Under the pieces are notes generated by a model. That model did not search any database. It saw only the letters and a list, made by a program, of their open reading frames with translations, and was not told where the DNA came from. The translations under genes were made by a program, and so were the position numbers. Positions 33,955 through 36,815 of a stretch of 36,815 nucleotides of DNA are shown here, piece by piece. Each line of letters starts with the position of its first letter. Within the stretch, counting starts at the first letter, position 1. Source of the DNA: Patellaria atrata CBS 101060 (taxonomy: Eukaryota); contig MU006095.1 of the NCBI GenBank assembly GCA_010093705.1, positions 1,116,001-1,152,815 on the forward strand, given 5' to 3'.

Positions 33955-35779
33955 ATGCCTGGCTCTGTATCCAGCGATGTATCCGACGATGTATAACTGT
34001 CTCTCCCTGGCTTACAACTTTGCGCTCACACAATGGTTGTAGGACTTCATTGTTGATATCGATTCTATCCAAGCGCACGGTAGAACATCCCCCCGCGTTA
34101 GTCCTCTAACAACATCTTAAGTAGCGCAGGAATCGGCGCTGTAGATATTGCGAAGCTCAAAGCGAATGGATACTTCACCATCGCGGTAGGTCGTCTTAAC
34201 GCATCGATTTGTAAGACGTATATAGTGGAGACATTATTGATATGTTTCTTGTACCAATAGTCCGTTCATGCAGCAACACGTCGAACGCTCTTGAAAATCA
34301 AGGGTTTCAGTGAGATCAAGGTTGAAAAAGTCAAGGAAGCAATTCAGAAATGCCAGGTTTGTCATACTCCTTGACTAAATCCCCTTACCATAGAGCAATA
34401 TACTCACCAAGAGCGATCAAAATCGAATCACTAACTTTAACCTCAGCCTAACGCTAATGGTTTCATGACTGCCCAAGAACTTGGTCAACAGAGGCGGAGA
34501 GTCGTCAAGATTTCGACTGGGAGTAAACAGCTTGATGGGATTCTTGGAGGGTGGGTTGGTAAAACTTTTACTGTATTCACCCTGTCTTAATTATTCCAGG
34601 GGCTTTCAGAGCATGAGTATTAGCGAAGTAAGGTGTTTATTCCGTCGACTGCATTTATCTCTAACAATGTACAGGTCTTTGGAGAATTTCGTATGTTATC
34701 TATGTGTAGGAGTTCTTTCCCCTTCTAATTGATATAGGATGCGGTAAAACACAGCTATCGCATACTATGTCGGTGATCGCACAGTTGCCAAAGGTAAATT
34801 GGTAGTAACTGTAGAAATATCTTGTTCTAACCCTCAAAGGAACTGGGAGGTGCTGAAGGGAAAGTGGCTTATATAGGTAAGTATGCTACTCTCAGGCTCA
34901 ACCGGAGATTCTAACTTGGACTCAGATACTGAAGGCACATTCAGACCTGAGAGGTAAGACTGTAGTATCATAACTTGAAGTGACCTTATATTAATCATTC
35001 GTAGGATTGCACAAATCTGCGAGCGCTTCGGAGGTATGTGAAAAGATAATTTAACATCACAACTAACTGAAACTCTCAAAGTGGATCCTGATCAGGCGCA
35101 AGAGAACATTCTTTATGCCAGAGCTGTCAATAGCGAGGTAAACTAGATCTCCTTCAGGTTCCAACCAGGTTTTCTAATAGGCGATACCTAGCATCAACAC
35201 GAACTTCTCAATCAACTCGCGGAGTCCTTCAAGTCCAATGAATACCGCTTGTTGGTCATCGATAGCATCATGGCATGTTTCCGTGTCGATTATGCCGGTC
35301 GTGGAGAACTCAACGAGAGGCAGCAGAAGCTCAATCAATTCCTTCACAAGCTGACCCACATGGCGGAAGGTAAGTACTTTCGATTATTCAGTAACAGATG
35401 TATGGCTAACCAGATTCTTATAGAATTCAACATATGCGTATTGATGGTAGATACATTTTCTCACTGGTAGACGTATGAGGCTGATCACAGTTTCAGACAA
35501 ATCAAGTCCAGAGTGACCCCGGAGCAAGCGCCCTGTTCGCGGGAGCTGATGGCCGTAAACCTGTTGGTGGCCATATTCTTGCTCATGCGTCGACCACTCG
35601 ACTTCTACTACGAAAGGGTCGAGGCGAAGAGAGAGTTGCGAAAATTCAGGACTCTCCTGGTAAATAGATGAAACCCTTTTCCGTCCAGATTCAACAAACT
35701 GACTATGGCAGACTGTCCTGAACGCGAAGCCACCTATGTGATCACGAATGGCGGCATCAATGATCCTGAAAAAGCATGA
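33955..35779 (+). CDS. DMC1: Meiotic recombinase Dmc1
   Basis: 16 exons and 15 introns assembled manually into [193 protein letters not shown] and ERQQKL are Dmc1-type rather than Rad51-type. Confidence 0.95.
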
Positions 35780-36289
35780 TGGCTTAATCTATCATGTGAT
35801 CTCCTTATCAGATCTTCGTCTGTCGTCTGTTTCCCCTATCTATGTTATGTCTACTCTTTTTTATTATATATATCAAAACAAATTCTGCCACATTACATGC
35901 TTATTATCTCATGAATTTATATGGAGTGTACCCTAGCTCATAATGATAACTAGTATCTCTTCTACTTTCCGAACAATCATATCAAATTGTTGGAGGCAGC
36001 ATGTCAGAATATATTTCCCCCTTTTCTCCTTGACCTTGAGACTTTCGATTGGGAAATACCCGCCGTAAACCTCTCCCTAAAAGCAACCATCTCTCCTTGA
36101 CCCTAAAACCCCCGCTCCAATCCCTCGTCCTCCACTTCTCCCATTCAGCACCCTAGCCCGTCCCATAAAACAAGCTACCACTCGCGAGCCCACCATAACG
36201 GCAGTTTCAAGCACCAAACCCGGACACGTCGCCCACCATCGGAGCACATAAACCACCACACGCTCCCAACCGAGAAACGAGAAAACCCA

Positions 36290-36815
36290 TTATCCCCCAC
36301 CGATCCACCTCTCCCCAGTCCAATACTCCGTATCTTCCGTCAGCGCCTCGCTCTCGGGTATATGCCTAAACCCGGCCGGAAGCACGAAACAAGCCTCAGG
36401 CACGGCGACGAAACCCATACGCCGCCAGAACGGTCCCGTGGCTCCCTCGACCGTCCCGACCACGAGCTTGATGCGGATGGACGGGTGGGAGGAGAGGATG
36501 TGGGAGTAGAGGGTCGAGAGGAGAACCCGCGAGAGTCCCATGCCGCGGTAGGCGTGCGCGGTCACGACGAAGAGGAGTTCGTAGGCTGGTTCGGGATGGG
36601 AGGGGGTGCGGTCTACAGCGGCCTCGTTGGACGAATCCCCGGCAGTGGTCGAGTGCGAGTGCGATCCTTTCCGGGGTAGGAATCCGGCACACGCGATTGG
36701 GGTCGGAGGGTCTGCGGAGGTGAAGGCGAGGAGGAGGGAGCCAAGGGGGGTCAGTTCGTGGATTAGTTGAGCGATGCCGGTGGTAGGGGAGGGGTGGAGA
36801 CGGCGGAAGTTGGGG
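36290..36815 (-). CDS. 3' part of a GNAT-family acetyltransferase (5' end beyond the right edge)
   Basis: Frame is open from the window edge: ..LLLAFTSADPPTPIACAGFLP..AYELLFVVTAHAYRGMGLSRVLL..KLVVGTVEGATGPFWRRMGF. Contains GNAT motif A (V....YRGxGL) and an F(W/Y)xxxGF motif B. Confidence 0.8.
   Translation of the reverse strand, partial: PNFRRLHPSPTTGIAQLIHELTPLGSLLLAFTSADPPTPIACAGFLPRKGSHSHSTTAGDSSNEAAVDRTPSHPEPAYELLFVVTAHAYRGMGLSRVLLSTLYSHILSSHPSIRIKLVVGTVEGATGPFWRRMGFVAVPEACFVLPAGFRHIPESEALTEDTEYWTGERWIGGG

Noticed and set aside
8289..35779. Functional cluster linking the Nam8-family splicing factor and DMC1
   Set aside because: They are 24 kb apart with about ten unrelated genes between them; co-location alone is not evidence.
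3847..35782. Stop-codon readthrough or cryptic peroxisomal targeting signals
   Set aside because: The stops I checked (lipin, SCD1, Zn2Cys6, lraC, UAP1) lack the TGA-CTA readthrough context, and their C-termini are not SKL-like.

Overview
Gene-dense eukaryotic DNA from a filamentous ascomycete (Pezizomycotina; short GT-AG introns with CTRAY branch sites, a DHN-melanin enzyme). About 15 protein genes, all read by eye: the 5' part of a fibronectin-III protein (-), lipin/PAH1, scytalone dehydratase, a Nam8/Ngr1/Csx1-type 3xRRM protein, a 66-aa sORF, a conserved uncharacterised protein, an MFS transporter with a very long disordered N-terminus, TAF9, a Tma23-like G-patch protein (-), a Zn2Cys6 regulator (-) divergent from L-rhamnonate dehydratase (rhaR-lraC-like pair), UAP1, a GIS2/CNBP zinc-knuckle protein, a 15-intron DMC1 and the 3' part of a GNAT (-). 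I could not support any tRNA, rRNA, CRISPR array or intact transposon. The most interesting signals are non-coding. (1) A candidate nested twin intron (stwintron) in the 5' leader of the Nam8-family gene, followed by a U-rich tract that suggests splicing autoregulation. (2) At least six GC-rich islands that each flip from C/A-rich to G/T-rich regardless of gene orientation. (3) Several splice-level oddities: NAGNAG at the lipin catalytic motif, a stop-codon-only last exon, a GC-AG intron and microexons. (4) TACTGTAC-based minisatellites bracketing an unexplained 0.8-kb block. Exon models and family calls were not verified by database search.
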